From an uncultured Bacilli bacterium (GTDB lineage: Bacteria; Bacillota_I; Bacilli_A; RF39; UBA660), in NCBI GenBank assembly GCA_947626855.1, contig CANQTT010000002.1:1-54179 (forward strand): 54,179 nucleotides of DNA, read 5' to 3'. Positions 10,536 to 21,775 of this stretch are shown piece by piece. How positions within the stretch are numbered: position 1 is the first letter of the stretch; every line of letters begins with the position of its first letter. Both the position numbers and the translations under genes were made by a program. The notes beneath the pieces were generated by a model that made no database searches, was not told the DNA's origin, and worked only from the letters and a program-made list of their open reading frames with translations.

Positions 10536-13500
10536 TATTGCTCATCCCCTTCCAAATTTTCTAATTCTTCTTCAGAGATATCGAAATCTTCATCTAAAGT
10601 TTCATCTTCAAACTCATCATCATCTTCATCGTCGTATTCGATTTCTTCTTCAATATCTTCAAATTCTTCTTCAGCAAAGTCATCCTGATAATCCTCAAAC
10701 ATTTCTTCTTTAGAATCTTCAGATACTAAACTAGATTCTACTTTATCAGATACCTCTTCATCGGTAGCATACATATCTTTATCGCTTTCCTCTAGTTCTT
10801 TTAAGTCTACAAATCTTCCATGTTCATTTAATACATTGATATCAAGTCCTAAAGCTTGGAATTCTTTAATAAGTACACGGAATGATTCTGGAATACCTGA
10901 TTTTGGAATTGGGGTTCCTTTGACTAAAGATTCATATACTTTTACACGACCAACAACATCATCAGATTTAATGGTCATCATTTCTTGAAGAACATGAGCC
11001 GCACCATAAGCATAAAGTGCCCATACTTCCATTTCTCCAAATCTCTGACCACCAAATTGAGCTTTTCCTCCAAGAGGTTGTTGAGTAACCATAGAATAAG
11101 GTCCAGTTGAACGAGCATGAAGTTTATCATCTACCATGTGGTGTAGCTTAATCATATACATAATACCTACACTAATACGATGATCAAATGGTTCTCCTGT
11201 ACGTCCATCATATAAAACCGTTTTTCCATCTTCATCTAAGTTAGCTTCTTTTAAAGCATCAATAATCTCATCACGAGTAGCACCACTAAATACTGGGGTT
11301 GCAACGTAGATTCCTAACTCTTTTGCTGCAATACCTAAGTGCATTTCCAAAATCTGTCCGATATTCATACGAGAAGGTACACCTAATGGGTTTAAAAGAA
11401 TATCAATAGGTTCCCCATCAGCTGTATATGGCATATCCTCACTTGGTAATATTAGAGAAATAACACCTTTATTACCATGACGTCCTGCCATCTTATCTCC
11501 TACTGTAATTTTACGTTTTTGAGCAATATATACACGAATAATTTTAGATACACCAGCTGGAAGCTCATCGGTATCCTCTTTGGTAAAAATCTTAATATCG
11601 TGAACAATTCCTCCACCACCATGTGGAACACGGAGAGAAGTATCACGAACTTCACGTGTCTTTTCACCAAATATAGCATGTAACAATTTTTCCTCAGAAG
11701 TAAGTTCAGCCATTCCTTTTGGGGTAACCTTACCAACTAAAATATCGTCATCACGAACTTCTGTTCCAATTGCAATAATACCATTTTCATCCAAGTTTTT
11801 ACGATTCTCTTCACTAACATTTGGGATATCTCTCGTAAACTCTTCTGGTCCTAACTTCGTATCACGACATTCAATTTGATAATCTTGAATATGGATAGAA
11901 GTATAAACATCATCACGAACTAATCTTTCATTTAAAATAACAGCATCCTCATAGTTATATCCATTAAAATTCATGAAAGCAACCCGAACATTTTTACCTA
12001 AAGCCATTTCTCCATGATCGGTACTAGGACCATCAGCAATTACTTGATCTTTTTTAACAGTATCCCCCACTCTTACAATAGGTACTTGATGGTAACACGT
12101 TCCAGCATTACTACGATCAAAACCATTTAAATAATAAGTATCCGTTCCACCTTTTGTCTTCACTAAGATTTTTCTAGCATCTACATAATCAACAATACCA
12201 TCTGCTTTGGAAATGATTACAGCACCACTATCACGAGCAGAAATAGCTTCAATACCAGTTCCTACAATAGGAGCTTCTGCCTTCAAAAGTGGGATAGCTT
12301 GACGTTGCATGTTAGATCCCATCAAAGCACGTTTACCATCATCGTGTTCTAGGAAAGGAATTCCTGCGGTTGTAATAGAAACAACCTGTTGACTAGATAC
12401 GTCCATATAATCAACATCTTTAGAATCGATAATGATATTATCGCCTCTATAACGTACTGGAACACGTTCCTCAGCAAATCTATCATCGTCTGTCAATTTT
12501 ACTGTAGCCTGTGAAATATGATAGTCTAATTCCTCATCCGCTGTCATATAAACAATTTCATCTGTTAATTTTCCATCAACAACCTTACGATAAGGTGTCA
12601 TGATGAAACCATATTCATTTACTTTGGCATAACTTGCTAAAGCCGTAATAAGTCCGATATTAGGTCCTTCTGGTGATTCAATTGGACAAAGTCTTCCGTA
12701 GTGAGATGGGTTAACGTCACGTACTTCCATTCCAGCTCTATCTCTTGATAAACCACCAGGTCCTAAAGAAGATAATCTTCTCTTATTTGCTAACTCAGCA
12801 ACTGGGTTTGTTTGATCCATGAATTGTGATAATTGGCTACTACCAAAGAATTCTTTAATAGCTGCCGTAAGAGGTCTAATATTGATAAGAGTTTTAGGCG
12901 TAACTTCCGCAATATCTTGAGTAGACATTCTATCACGAATTACTCTTTCAATACGACTGATTCCAACACGGAATTGGTTTTGTAAAAGTTCTCCTACTTG
13001 ACGAACACGTCTATTGGATAAATGGTCAATTTCATCAAAATTACCAATTCCATTATGTAAATTTAAATAATAAGAAATGGAAGCATAAACATCAGAAATT
13101 GTTAGTCTTTTAAGGTCTAAGGTCTGATCATTTCCAATGATAGGAATAACCTTATCTGGATTTGTTTTAGAGTAAACATGAACAATCTGAACTTTGTTAT
13201 AACTATCTAACTCTTCATTGATTAAAGCTTCTTTTACACCATATCCAGCCTCAAAGATAGGTTTTAATTTTTCCAATAAATCTTTGGTAACAATAGAACC
13301 TTCTTCAGCAATTACTTCTTTTCCAACTTGAATGGTTTCCGCTAATTTACATCCAAGTAATCTTTCTGTTACATTCAATTTTTTATTGAATTTATAACGA
13401 CCTACTTTTGCTAAATCATAACGGAAAGAATCAAAGAAACGAGAAATTAATTGGTTCTTTGCACTATCTAACGTAGAAGGCTCACCAGGTCTTAACTTCG

Positions 13501-14215
13501 AATGAATGTCAATTAAAGATTCATCGGTATTCTTATTCGCATCCTTTTCAATGGTACGCATAAGATAGTCGTCTTCTCCGAATAAATCATAAATATCAGC
13601 ATCATTCGATAAGCCTAATGCCCGTAAAAGTGTGGTAATAGGTACTTTACGAGTTCGATCAATACGAACATAAATTACATCTCTGGCATCTGTTTCATAT
13701 TCCAACCAAGTACCACGTGTTGGAATAATTTGCGAAGTGATAATTGTTTTTCCATTTTTCTTATCGACATCTTTTCCATAGTAAGCACTAGGAGAACGCA
13801 CTAATTGGGAAACAATAACACGCTCTGCACCATTAATGACAAATGTTCCGCTCTCTGTCATGATAGGCATATCTCCCAAATAAATTTCTTGTTCTTTTAC
13901 TTCTCCTGTTTCATGATTGAATAATCTTGCTTGCACTTTTAATGGTGCCGCATAAGTTGCATAACGGTCTTTACAACCTTTAATGGAATATCTTGGCTCT
14001 TCAAATGAGTATTCTCCAAACTCCAACGTCAAATTACCAGTAAAACTCTCTACTGGGAAGATATCTTCAAATACCTCATTGATTCCCTCTGTCATAAACC
14101 AATCATATGACTTTTTCTGAATCTCTAACAAGTTGTTTAATTCTATTGCATTTTTTGTTTTTGCATAACTTCTTCTTTCTCGGTAGTCACCGAATTTTTT
14201 AACTGTATAAGCCAC
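10535..14215 (-). CDS. rpoB: DNA-directed RNA polymerase subunit beta, with a long poly-acidic C-terminal tail
   Basis: Canonical RpoB motifs throughout. Probable start is GTG at 14215 ([19 protein letters not shown]) preceded by GGGGTGA. The ORF-track start at 14281 adds 22 non-conserved residues. Confidence 0.96.
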   Translation of the reverse strand: MAYTVKKFGDYRERRSYAKTKNAIELNNLLEIQKKSYDWFMTEGINEVFEDIFPVESFTGNLTLEFGEYSFEEPRYSIKGCKDRYATYAAPLKVQARLFNHETGEVKEQEIYLGDMPIMTESGTFVINGAERVIVSQLVRSPSAYYGKDVDKKNGKTIITSQIIPTRGTWLEYETDARDVIYVRIDRTRKVPITTLLRALGLSNDADIYDLFGEDDYLMRTIEKDANKNTDESLIDIHSKLRPGEPSTLDSAKNQLISRFFDSFRYDLAKVGRYKFNKKLNVTERLLGCKLAETIQVGKEVIAEEGSIVTKDLLEKLKPIFEAGYGVKEALINEELDSYNKVQIVHVYSKTNPDKVIPIIGNDQTLDLKRLTISDVYASISYYLNLHNGIGNFDEIDHLSNRRVRQVGELLQNQFRVGISRIERVIRDRMSTQDIAEVTPKTLINIRPLTAAIKEFFGSSQLSQFMDQTNPVAELANKRRLSSLGPGGLSRDRAGMEVRDVNPSHYGRLCPIESPEGPNIGLITALASYAKVNEYGFIMTPYRKVVDGKLTDEIVYMTADEELDYHISQATVKLTDDDRFAEERVPVRYRGDNIIIDSKDVDYMDVSSQQVVSITTAGIPFLEHDDGKRALMGSNMQRQAIPLLKAEAPIVGTGIEAISARDSGAVIISKADGIVDYVDARKILVKTKGGTDTYYLNGFDRSNAGTCYHQVPIVRVGDTVKKDQVIADGPSTDHGEMALGKNVRVAFMNFNGYNYEDAVILNERLVRDDVYTSIHIQDYQIECRDTKLGPEEFTRDIPNVSEENRKNLDENGIIAIGTEVRDDDILVGKVTPKGMAELTSEEKLLHAIFGEKTREVRDTSLRVPHGGGGIVHDIKIFTKEDTDELPAGVSKIIRVYIAQKRKITVGDKMAGRHGNKGVISLILPSEDMPYTADGEPIDILLNPLGVPSRMNIGQILEMHLGIAAKELGIYVATPVFSGATRDEIIDALKEANLDEDGKTVLYDGRTGEPFDHRISVGIMYMIKLHHMVDDKLHARSTGPYSMVTQQPLGGKAQFGGQRFGEMEVWALYAYGAAHVLQEMMTIKSDDVVGRVKVYESLVKGTPIPKSGIPESFRVLIKEFQALGLDINVLNEHGRFVDLKELEESDKDMYATDEEVSDKVESSLVSEDSKEEMFEDYQDDFAEEEFEDIEEEIEYDDEDDDEFEDETLDEDFDISEEELENLEGDEQ

Positions 14216-14312
14216 TTGTTTCACCCCATAAACTAAATTTTCTAGAATGCACATATTAGGCAAAATAATACATGCCGCCAATTTATAATTTTAACAAACA
14301 TATAACAAATTG

Positions 14313-14897
14313 TCAATGCGTTTTGCAAGCAATCACGTAAAAACCTTTGTTTTTTTGTAAGATTTTTACCTGATAATAATCTTGCATATCCCGAAATACC
14401 GATTTTGCTCCTTGGTCCTTATGAATGACAAAGATTAACTCGCCCCCAGGCTTTAAATATTCTTTCGCCTGAATTAGAATTTCATATAATATCTTTTTTC
14501 CTACTCTAATAGGCGGATTGGTAATGATATAATCATACTTTCCAACAACATTTTGATAAAGATTGCTTTCAAAAATGGAGACACGAACTTGATTTACAAG
14601 TGCATTCTTATTTGCCAATCGAAGTGCCCTCACATTTGTATCTATCATGTCTACCTCTAAGCCATGTGTAGCTAAGTAAATGCCGATAGGACCATATCCA
14701 CATCCAAAATCTAATACTCTGCCAGAAAGAGAATTAACATCTATGCTTTCTAAAAGTGTTCTCGTTCCAAAATCAAGACCATTTTTAGAAAACACATTGT
14801 TATCCGTCCAAAAGGTAAAAAGCTTACCACCAATCATTGCTTTTGTTACTCTCTCTTCCCTTTTAACGGAATCATCATCGAGAAAATAATGTGCCAT
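14313..14897 (-). CDS. class I SAM-dependent methyltransferase, RsmC/YbxB-like
   Basis: SAM-binding VLDFGCGYGPIG and ITNPPIRVGK motifs. Same position (between rplL and rpoB) as B. subtilis ybxB. Confidence 0.8.
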   Translation of the reverse strand: MAHYFLDDDSVKREERVTKAMIGGKLFTFWTDNNVFSKNGLDFGTRTLLESIDVNSLSGRVLDFGCGYGPIGIYLATHGLEVDMIDTNVRALRLANKNALVNQVRVSIFESNLYQNVVGKYDYIITNPPIRVGKKILYEILIQAKEYLKPGGELIFVIHKDQGAKSVFRDMQDYYQVKILQKNKGFYVIACKTH

Positions 14898-14920
14898 AAT
14901 CTCTCCCTATTCTACTACTT

Positions 14921-14960
14921 AAAAAAACGGTGAAAGCCCATGCCGAAAAACGACATAGGC
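14921..14960 (-). terminator. possible partial terminator/attenuator downstream of rplL
   Basis: On the minus strand, a GCCTATG/CATGGGC stem (7 bp including one G-U pair) with an 11-nt loop, followed by TTTCACCGTTTTTTT. Confidence 0.35.
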
Positions 14961-14980
14961 TAAACATCTTCTTATACATA

Positions 14981-15355
14981 TTACTTTAATTCAATGGTAG
15001 CTCCAGCTTCTTCAAACTTAGCTTTCATTTCTTGAGCTTCAGAAGCAGCAACTTTTTCTTTTACAACTCCACCGTTATCAGCGATAGCTTTAGATTCTCC
15101 TAAACCTAAACCAGTTACTTCTTTAATTAACTTGATAACTTGGATTTTATTAGCTCCAGCCTCAGCTAAAACTACATCAAATGATGAAGGTCCTTCATCA
15201 GCTGGTGCAGCAGCTCCTGCTGCTGGTGCTGCAACTGCTACTGCAGATGGATCAACACCAAACTCCTCTTTCATTAAATCTACTACTTCTTTAATCTCTA
15301 AAAGAGTCATTTCTTTTAAAGAATCAATAATCTCTTGTGCACTTAATTTTGCCAT
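14981..15355 (-). CDS. rplL: 50S ribosomal protein L7/L12
   Basis: 124 aa; Ala-rich hinge [15 protein letters not shown] and conserved C-terminal domain EAGATIELK. Confidence 0.97.
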   Translation of the reverse strand: MAKLSAQEIIDSLKEMTLLEIKEVVDLMKEEFGVDPSAVAVAAPAAGAAAPADEGPSSFDVVLAEAGANKIQVIKLIKEVTGLGLGESKAIADNGGVVKEKVAASEAQEMKAKFEEAGATIELK

Positions 15356-15383
15356 TTTCTTTCCTCCTTTAATTATATTTATT

Positions 15384-15878
15384 TTATTTTTCTTCTAAAT
15401 TTTTAGCATGTAAATCTAAGCAAATTGCGAAATCTCTTGCAATACCCATTAAACCGCCAGCAAACATAGTAAGTAATCCTTCTCTTGATGGAATAGTAGC
15501 TAATTTCTTTAACGTAGCTAAGTCTGTAATTTCACCATCAACAATTCCCAATTTCATCTCTAAATTTGGATGCTTTTCAGCAAACTTTGCAACAGCTTTA
15601 ATTGGTTCTACAACATCGCTACCGAAAGCAACAACTTTTGGACCATTTAATTCTGATGTTAAATCAATATTTAGAGAAGTTAGGGCACGATTTACTAAGG
15701 TATTCTTATAAATTTTTAGTTCAGAATTACTCTCTCTTAAAGCTCTTCTTAGTTCTGTTGTCTCAGCAACGGTTAAACCATGATTTTCAAGAAAGATAAA
15801 AGAACTAGAATTCTTTACATTTTGAATAATCTCATCAATAGTAGCTTGCTTTTGATCTAATATTTTTTGATTTGCCAT
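15384..15878 (-). CDS. rplJ: 50S ribosomal protein L10
   Basis: 164 aa, typical L10 sequence, immediately upstream of rplL. Confidence 0.95.
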   Translation of the reverse strand: MANQKILDQKQATIDEIIQNVKNSSSFIFLENHGLTVAETTELRRALRESNSELKIYKNTLVNRALTSLNIDLTSELNGPKVVAFGSDVVEPIKAVAKFAEKHPNLEMKLGIVDGEITDLATLKKLATIPSREGLLTMFAGGLMGIARDFAICLDLHAKNLEEK

Positions 15879-16045
15879 ATTACACCTCCTTGTCCTCTGT
15901 GTAATACCGTTAAAAAAGTCCCCACTACCGTAGGGACTTTGAGTTCTTAATCAAATTAAGTTCCTCGGTAGGATAATTAAGGATATACCCCCTACTGTCT
16001 ACGGTACTATCTGCTCATGCAAATTATTATAACATAGTTTATAAA
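15879..16045 (-). promoter_or_regulatory. rplJ leader region with terminator-like attenuator hairpin (L10-leader-type regulation)
   Basis: 178-nt untranslated gap between rplA and rplJ. An 8-bp stem AAAGTCCC/GGGACTTT (15915-15922 with 15933-15940) runs into a U-tract on the minus strand about 30 nt before the rplJ start. Firmicutes regulate rplJL through an L10(L12)4-binding leader. Confidence 0.45.
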
Positions 16046-16056
16046 GATTGTAAATA

Positions 16057-16752
16057 TTAACTTTCAAAGCTATTCGTATCAACTTTGATACCAGGACCCA
16101 TCGTTGTAGAAATACTTACATTTTTAATATATTTTCCCTTAACTGCAGATGGTTTTGTCTTGATGATTAAGGAAATAAATGCATCTAAATTGCCTAGTAA
16201 TTTTTCACTATCAAAAGAAACTTTTCCAATAGAAACAGCTACATTTCCAAAACTATCTGTACGATATTCAACACGTCCTTTTTTAACGTCTTCTACAGCT
16301 CTTTTGGTATCCATCGTAACAGTTCCTGTCTTAGGGTTTGGCATTAAGCCACGAGGTCCTAAAACACGACCAATCTTTCCTAATTGAGGCATCATATCTG
16401 GAGTAGCAATAATCGTATCAAAATCGAACCAGTTTTCTTTTTCGATTTTTTCAATCATATCAGTATCTCCAACATAATCAGCTCCAGCTTCCTTTGCTTG
16501 GCTAGCTTGTTCTCCTTTGGCAAGTACTAAAACTTTCTTTACTTTACCAATACCATATGGTAAAACAGTAGCTCCCCTCAACTGTTGATCAGCCTTTTTC
16601 GTATCTAAATTTAAACGTAATACTAATTCTACTGTTTCATCAAACTTTGCTGTACTAGTTTCTTTTACTAATTGAACTGCTTCTTCTTTTGAATAAGCCT
16701 TACCCTTTTCAACTTTTGATGCAGCTTCTACATATTTTTTTCCTTTTTTCAT
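16057..16752 (-). CDS. rplA: 50S ribosomal protein L1
   Basis: 231 aa, canonical L1 sequence. Confidence 0.97.
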   Translation of the reverse strand: MKKGKKYVEAASKVEKGKAYSKEEAVQLVKETSTAKFDETVELVLRLNLDTKKADQQLRGATVLPYGIGKVKKVLVLAKGEQASQAKEAGADYVGDTDMIEKIEKENWFDFDTIIATPDMMPQLGKIGRVLGPRGLMPNPKTGTVTMDTKRAVEDVKKGRVEYRTDSFGNVAVSIGKVSFDSEKLLGNLDAFISLIIKTKPSAVKGKYIKNVSISTTMGPGIKVDTNSFES

Positions 16753-16837
16753 TTTTTAACCTCCTTGTGTGGTAGTAATGGAAAATGTGGAATGCGGATT
16801 TTCCTCCCACATAGGACTCCCTATGTTTTTACTTAAA

Positions 16838-17260
16838 TTATTCTTCGACAGAAACGCCCATATTTTTAGCCGTTCCTTCAACAATCTTAATAGCCTCTTC
16901 AATGGTATAGCAATTAAGATCTGGTAATTTAATTTCAGCAATTTCTCTTACTTGTGCTTTGGTTAATTTTCCAACAATCTCTTTGCTTCCTTTAGTAGAG
17001 CCTTTCTTAACATTTCCAACTTTCTTAATTAAAAAAGCAGTTGGTGGAGTTTTAATAACAAAGCTGAATGTTCTATCTTCAAAGATAGAAATTTCAACTG
17101 GTAAAATATCTCCCATCTTATCTTTTGTCGCATCATTATATTTGGTGCAGAACTCTTGTAAATTAATTCCGGCAGGTCCTAAAACTGTTCCAACTGGTGG
17201 AGCAGGCGTAGCTTTTCCTGCTGGAATTTGTAGTTTAATCTTCTTAACTAATTGTGCCAC
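16838..17260 (-). CDS. rplK: 50S ribosomal protein L11
   Basis: KLQIPAGKATPAPPVGTVLGPAGIN motif. Preferred start is GTG at 17260, 8 nt after AGGAGG. The ORF-track start at 17269 lies inside the RBS. Confidence 0.95.
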   Translation of the reverse strand: MAQLVKKIKLQIPAGKATPAPPVGTVLGPAGINLQEFCTKYNDATKDKMGDILPVEISIFEDRTFSFVIKTPPTAFLIKKVGNVKKGSTKGSKEIVGKLTKAQVREIAEIKLPDLNCYTIEEAIKIVEGTAKNMGVSVEE

Positions 17261-17393
17261 GAAAAACACCTCCTATTATTTTTTCGCCGTGGTTCAAATG
17301 AATCCGCTATTAACAAATCTCCCACTAAAATCTATATGAAAAGCCATATAGCCCTTTCATAATAACATAAAAATAAATTTTTGTAAACATTTT

Positions 17394-17930
17394 TTAATTG
17401 GATTTCTCTATTTCGGTAAATTCTACCTCTACAATGGTTTCTTGTCCGAATAAATCCAAAGCTACTTCTAACTTTTGTTCTGCTAAATCAATCTTTTTCA
17501 CTTTACCATACATATTGGCAAAAGCACCACTGATAACGCGGACCATGTCACCCTCTTTAATCTCATTACCAATATCTAGTCTACTCATACCCATATTACC
17601 TAAAATTTTATCTACTTCTTGTGGAGTCAATGGGAATGGTTTAGCTCCTTTTCCGGAAGAACCGATGAATCCTGTAACCCCTGGCGTATTACGAACAATA
17701 AACCAAGCTTCATCTGTCATAATCATTTCCACTAAAATATATCCTGGAAACATTTTAGTTACTTTTTCTTTCTCAACACCATCTTTTATTTCAATCGTTT
17801 TTTGTTCAGGAACGACTACTCGAAAGATATAATCTTCCATTCCCATGGTGCTGGCACGCATCTCCAATTTTTCTTTTACCTTATTCTCATGTCCAGAATA
17901 GGTATTGACTACATACCATTCTTTTTCCAT
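17394..17930 (-). CDS. nusG: transcription termination/antitermination factor NusG
   Basis: 178 aa; WYVVNTYSGHENKV N-terminus and C-terminal KOW region. Confidence 0.95.
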   Translation of the reverse strand: MEKEWYVVNTYSGHENKVKEKLEMRASTMGMEDYIFRVVVPEQKTIEIKDGVEKEKVTKMFPGYILVEMIMTDEAWFIVRNTPGVTGFIGSSGKGAKPFPLTPQEVDKILGNMGMSRLDIGNEIKEGDMVRVISGAFANMYGKVKKIDLAEQKLEVALDLFGQETIVEVEFTEIEKSN

Positions 17931-17932
17931 AA

Positions 17933-18112
17933 CTAAAACACCTTCATAATCGCACTAAGAATAGCATCGCTTCCCACAAAAAAGAGAGCAAACAAAACGA
18001 TAAGAGAAATCGTTGCCGTAGAATATTTAACCATTTCTTTGCGATTAGGCCATCTAACCTTTTTCATTTCATTTTTTACACTAATAAAGAATCGTGCAAT
18101 ACTTTTCATCAT
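17933..18112 (-). CDS. secE: preprotein translocase subunit SecE (59 aa), absent from the ORF track
   Basis: Hand translation: MMKSIARFFISVKNEMKKVRWPNRKEMVKYSTATISLIVLFALFFVGSDAILSAIMKVF. Conserved E..KV.WP motif and a single TM. Stop is 2 nt before the nusG ATG. Confidence 0.85.
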   Translation of the reverse strand: MMKSIARFFISVKNEMKKVRWPNRKEMVKYSTATISLIVLFALFFVGSDAILSAIMKVF

Positions 18113-18170
18113 TCATCAAAATCCTTTCCGTTTTTATTTCAAAATAAAAACACCTTTTCGTGTTACCAAT

Positions 18171-18199
18171 AATGTACCATAAAGTTTTGTTATTGTCAA
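18171..18199 (-). promoter_or_regulatory. sigma-A-type promoter for secE-nusG-rplKA
   Basis: Minus strand TTGACA (18199-18194), 17-nt spacer, then TGgTACATT extended -10 (18176-18171). Confidence 0.45.
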
Positions 18200-18230
18200 C
18201 AAAATGATAGCAAACAAAAAGATATTATCA

Positions 18231-19133
18231 CTAATACCTTTTTAAGAATAATCCTTTGGCCTCGTCATCAAAAGAAATTGGTAATTCTCCTCGAAAGCCG
18301 TCTTTAAACGCTCCACTAGTATCATGTATATCCCAGTAGCCATCGCCAGAACCAGGAACCACTTGAGGAACTGTAATCATACAAGTTCTGCAGGAAACAG
18401 AACTTGAATCCAAAGAAGGAAGACATGGGGTTGCATAAATTTTATATCTATGAATTCCTGGTATTAAATAAACTGATCTCATTTTCACGGTTCCATCCTT
18501 TTTTTCAGGCAAATATTCCGTAGTTCCTTCTTCTACTCTAACTAAGAATTCGACATTAAAATCATCACCCATTTTCGCAAGTGATTCTCTTTTTATCATT
18601 TCCGTTGCGAGTAAATTAGAAGCTTTCACTCCAAGAAAGCCCTTATCAAAATGATAATATTGATTCTTTGAAATCAACGATGTCTCTAGGCATCTGCTTT
18701 GATAAACCCTATCATTTACAATAGGTGGATTATCTTGCGAATAAGCATAATAATAATGAAAATCGAAAACTGGCTCGCCAAGAAACGTAGTACTCTGAGC
18801 CATTGGAAATAAAAAATCTGGACTAAGTGTTGTTCCTAAATAAATATGTTCTGGTAATATATCCAAAGAAGCAGGCACTAAATCGAGTTTATGCATTACT
18901 TTTCTGAATCTTCTATAATCCGTAAGTGGAATTTTCACAAATGCTTCATTACTCTTAGCTAAAATTGTAAAACATCTTTTCTTCATAGTATCATCATAAT
19001 AATGAAGCAAAAAAAAGGAACGATTTCCTGCCGAAAAAGAATATAGTTTTGTTGGATAAATAATATGGGTTCCACCATCAAATAATTTATTATGACCATC
19101 ATAAGACGGATATTCCATTAAAATTTTTTTCAT
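18231..19133 (-). CDS. hypothetical protein (300 aa), no recognisable family
   Basis: Long ORF without signal peptide or TM. No motif I can assign. Sits inside the otherwise conserved sigH-secE interval. Confidence 0.55.
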   Translation of the reverse strand: MKKILMEYPSYDGHNKLFDGGTHIIYPTKLYSFSAGNRSFFLLHYYDDTMKKRCFTILAKSNEAFVKIPLTDYRRFRKVMHKLDLVPASLDILPEHIYLGTTLSPDFLFPMAQSTTFLGEPVFDFHYYYAYSQDNPPIVNDRVYQSRCLETSLISKNQYYHFDKGFLGVKASNLLATEMIKRESLAKMGDDFNVEFLVRVEEGTTEYLPEKKDGTVKMRSVYLIPGIHRYKIYATPCLPSLDSSSVSCRTCMITVPQVVPGSGDGYWDIHDTSGAFKDGFRGELPISFDDEAKGLFLKRY

Positions 19134-19194
19134 AAAATAAATCCCCTTTTTCTATCGGGTAGATATCTTACCAAAAGAATTAAAAAAAGTCAAA

Positions 19195-19947
19195 TTATTG
19201 CAATTTTGACTTTTGAATATGATAAATCACTTTTAGTTTTAATCGCAGAGGGCTAAATTTAGAAAGATAATATGAACATTTCATCAAGAAACCAGGAATA
19301 ATCACTAATTTTCTTTGAAACATCTTCTTCACAGTATAGTGAGCTACATACTCACTACTTAAGCTAGACATTTTAAATTCTACTTTAGCTACTTTGTTGA
19401 ATTCCGTATTGACTGGTCCAGGACAAAGGCAACCAATATATACTTTACTATGTTCTTTTCTTAGTTCCTCATAAATAGCCATCGTAAGAGCATACACGTA
19501 ATTTTTAGTGGCATAGTAAGTGGCCATTAAAGGTCCCGGCTGAAATGCTGCAGAAGAGGCAACATTTAATATATATCCTTTATTTTTATTTTTAAAATCT
19601 TTGAGAAAACATTTCGTAAGAGTATGAACGGCTTTGATATTTAAGTCAATCATATCCATTTCTCGATCAAGCTTAGTTTCCGTGAATTCCCCGGCTAACC
19701 CAAAACCAGCATTATTGATTACAACATCTATATCCTCGTCTTTTACTTGTTCATATAATTTAACACAATTAAAAGTACTTCCCAAATCTAAAGGAATAAT
19801 TTCTACCTTGGTTTTTAAACTTTTAGAAAGTTCCTGTAATCTTGTTTTTCTTCTTGCAACCAAAATCAAATCATATCCTAGATTACTAAATTCTACAGCA
19901 AGCTGTGCCCCAATTCCAGAAGAAGCACCAGTTATTAGAGCCTTCAT
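19195..19947 (-). CDS. SDR-family short-chain dehydrogenase/reductase
   Basis: MKALITGASSGIG (TGxxxGxG), NNAG, and the catalytic YxxxK context (YYATKNYV). Start ATG 19947 is preceded by AGGTGA. Confidence 0.85.
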   Translation of the reverse strand: MKALITGASSGIGAQLAVEFSNLGYDLILVARRKTRLQELSKSLKTKVEIIPLDLGSTFNCVKLYEQVKDEDIDVVINNAGFGLAGEFTETKLDREMDMIDLNIKAVHTLTKCFLKDFKNKNKGYILNVASSAAFQPGPLMATYYATKNYVYALTMAIYEELRKEHSKVYIGCLCPGPVNTEFNKVAKVEFKMSSLSSEYVAHYTVKKMFQRKLVIIPGFLMKCSYYLSKFSPLRLKLKVIYHIQKSKLQ

Positions 19948-20004
19948 AGTATCACCTAGTTTTATTATATAGAAATAAAGTTGGGAATGCAAGTAAATTA
20001 CACT

Positions 20005-20613
20005 TTAGTTTTCTGAATTTTGAATGGTTTCTTTCACTTTTGCTTTGACCCTTTGAATAGCATTATCAATCTGCTTTTTATCCTTATCTAGTAAATTGGC
20101 AATTTCTCGATAAGTAAAATAATTAAGCATCAAATCAAATACTTGAGTCTCAAAATCCGTAAGTCTTTCTCTAATCTTTTCAATGAGTTCCTCTGTTACT
20201 TCTGTATCCATGAGAATCTCTTCTGGATTAGCACTACTATCTTTCAAAATTTTATCAAAAGAAATATCTTCTTCCCCATCAATCGATATCGATTCATTTA
20301 AAGCCCTGTGTTTTAATCTCTTAGCGGCAACAATAGTACTAACTAACCGTCTTTCAATACACGTTTTAGCGTAGGTATAAAAGGTGATATCCTTTTGTTC
20401 ATTAAAATAATCAATTGCATGATTTAATCCAATTAATCCCTCTTGAATTAAATCACTTTTTTCTAATCCAATATAAGAACAGGATTTCAACATCCTAGAA
20501 ACAATAGAAGAAATTAATGGCTCATATTTCTTAAGTAAAATGTTTCTAGCTTCTTCATCAGAGTCATAAACATAGGAAATAAGTTCATAGTCATTATAAT
20601 CCTGATAATTCAT
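20005..20613 (-). CDS. sigH: sigma-70 family sigma factor, SigH (Spo0H)-like
   Basis: Region 2 DLIQEGLIGL, AAKRLKHRALNES (compare B. subtilis SigH TRQKHIPLN), and a region 4 HTH. Conserved position downstream of mrnC-rlmB. Confidence 0.75.
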   Translation of the reverse strand: MNYQDYNDYELISYVYDSDEEARNILLKKYEPLISSIVSRMLKSCSYIGLEKSDLIQEGLIGLNHAIDYFNEQKDITFYTYAKTCIERRLVSTIVAAKRLKHRALNESISIDGEEDISFDKILKDSSANPEEILMDTEVTEELIEKIRERLTDFETQVFDLMLNYFTYREIANLLDKDKKQIDNAIQRVKAKVKETIQNSEN

Positions 20614-20614
20614 G

Positions 20615-21322
20615 TTACCCCCTTCTCGATTTCAAAGCCTCAAAAATAATGATAGCGGTTGCAACAGAGGCATTTAAACTGTTTACCTCACCCTGCATAG
20701 GAATGCTTGCAATAAAATCACAATTCTCTTCTACTAATCGACTCATTCCTTTTCCTTCATTACCACAAACAATCGCTGTTTTGCCACGATAATCCAATGT
20801 GGTATAATCCGTTCCCAGCATATCGGTACCAAAAATCCAAAAACCTCTCTTTTTAAGTTCTTTTATAGTATTTACTAAATTGGTTACTTTTACGATTTTT
20901 ACTTTTTCCGTCGTCCCAACACTTGTTTTTACAACGGTACTATTTACTTCTACACTTCGATCATTTGGAATAATGATACCATCTACTCCTGCTGCCTCAC
21001 ACGTACGAATAATGGCTCCAAAATTGTGTGGATCCTCAAGATGATCTAAGATTACCAGAAAAGGATTTTCACTCTTTAAAACATCTTCTAAAGAAGCATA
21101 GTGATAATCTTCCACTTCTAAAATAATTCCTTGATGTAGGCCGTCTACTTTTCGATCTAAGTCTCTTTTGGATAAGTACTCTATCTGAACCTTTTTCTGT
21201 TGTAATCTACTGATTATTTTTTGGTCACGAAATTCTTTATCAAGAAAGGCCTTAATAATCTTATGGTTACTATCTAAACTTGCTAAAGCTACATTTTTAC
21301 CGAATACATACATAACTTTCAT
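20615..21322 (-). CDS. rlmB: TrmH/SpoU-family 23S rRNA 2'-O-ribose methyltransferase (RlmB/YacO-like)
   Basis: SpoU motifs LDHLEDPHNFGAIIRT, GNEGKGMS and SLNASVA. Synteny matches B. subtilis yacO. Confidence 0.85.
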   Translation of the reverse strand: MKVMYVFGKNVALASLDSNHKIIKAFLDKEFRDQKIISRLQQKKVQIEYLSKRDLDRKVDGLHQGIILEVEDYHYASLEDVLKSENPFLVILDHLEDPHNFGAIIRTCEAAGVDGIIIPNDRSVEVNSTVVKTSVGTTEKVKIVKVTNLVNTIKELKKRGFWIFGTDMLGTDYTTLDYRGKTAIVCGNEGKGMSRLVEENCDFIASIPMQGEVNSLNASVATAIIIFEALKSRRG

Positions 21323-21701
21323 CCTCTCCCACTTGAATGATAAAATTCATAATTTCATGAACTCTTTCCCTTTTTTCTTCTAAAAATAAATAGCCGATTA
21401 AAGCCTCCAGCCCTGTTGCTTTATGATAAGTAGAAGCATCCGTATTCTTTGGACTCGCATGACTTTTATGATTACGAGCACGGTAAACGATTTCTAGCTC
21501 TTCTTCCGTTAAAATATGATTTTCTATTAACCAATCTAAATAGTGAGATTGCCCTTTTGCACTGACATAACGAATCGCTTTTTGCTGTAATTCATTTACT
21601 TTCTCAATTCCCTGTAAAAATAAATATTTTCGAATAAAAATCTCATAGACACTATCTCCTACATAGGCAAGAGCTAAAACATTTCTAAATTTATGATCCA
21701 T
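21297..21701 (-). CDS. mrnC: mini-ribonuclease 3
   Basis: LAYVGDSVYEIFIRKYL signature; 134 aa; upstream of rlmB as in Bacillus. Confidence 0.85.
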   Translation of the reverse strand: MDHKFRNVLALAYVGDSVYEIFIRKYLFLQGIEKVNELQQKAIRYVSAKGQSHYLDWLIENHILTEEELEIVYRARNHKSHASPKNTDASTYHKATGLEALIGYLFLEEKRERVHEIMNFIIQVGEDESYVCIR

Positions 21702-21775
21702 ATCCCACCAACTTCACTAAAATTATAACATCTCAAAAATAAAAAGAAAACAAAAAAGGCTTGTTTTCACTAAAT

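Noticed and set aside
14216-14281. Longer rpoB start ([22 protein letters not shown]...)
   Set aside because: The extra 22 residues are not RpoB-like and lack an RBS. GTG at 14215 follows GGGGTGA and gives the conserved AYTVKKFG N-terminus.
16756-16941. 61-aa minus-strand ORF spanning the rplK-rplA junction
   Set aside because: It overlaps the 3' end of rplK out of frame. The rplK-rplA spacer is more plausibly an untranslated leader.
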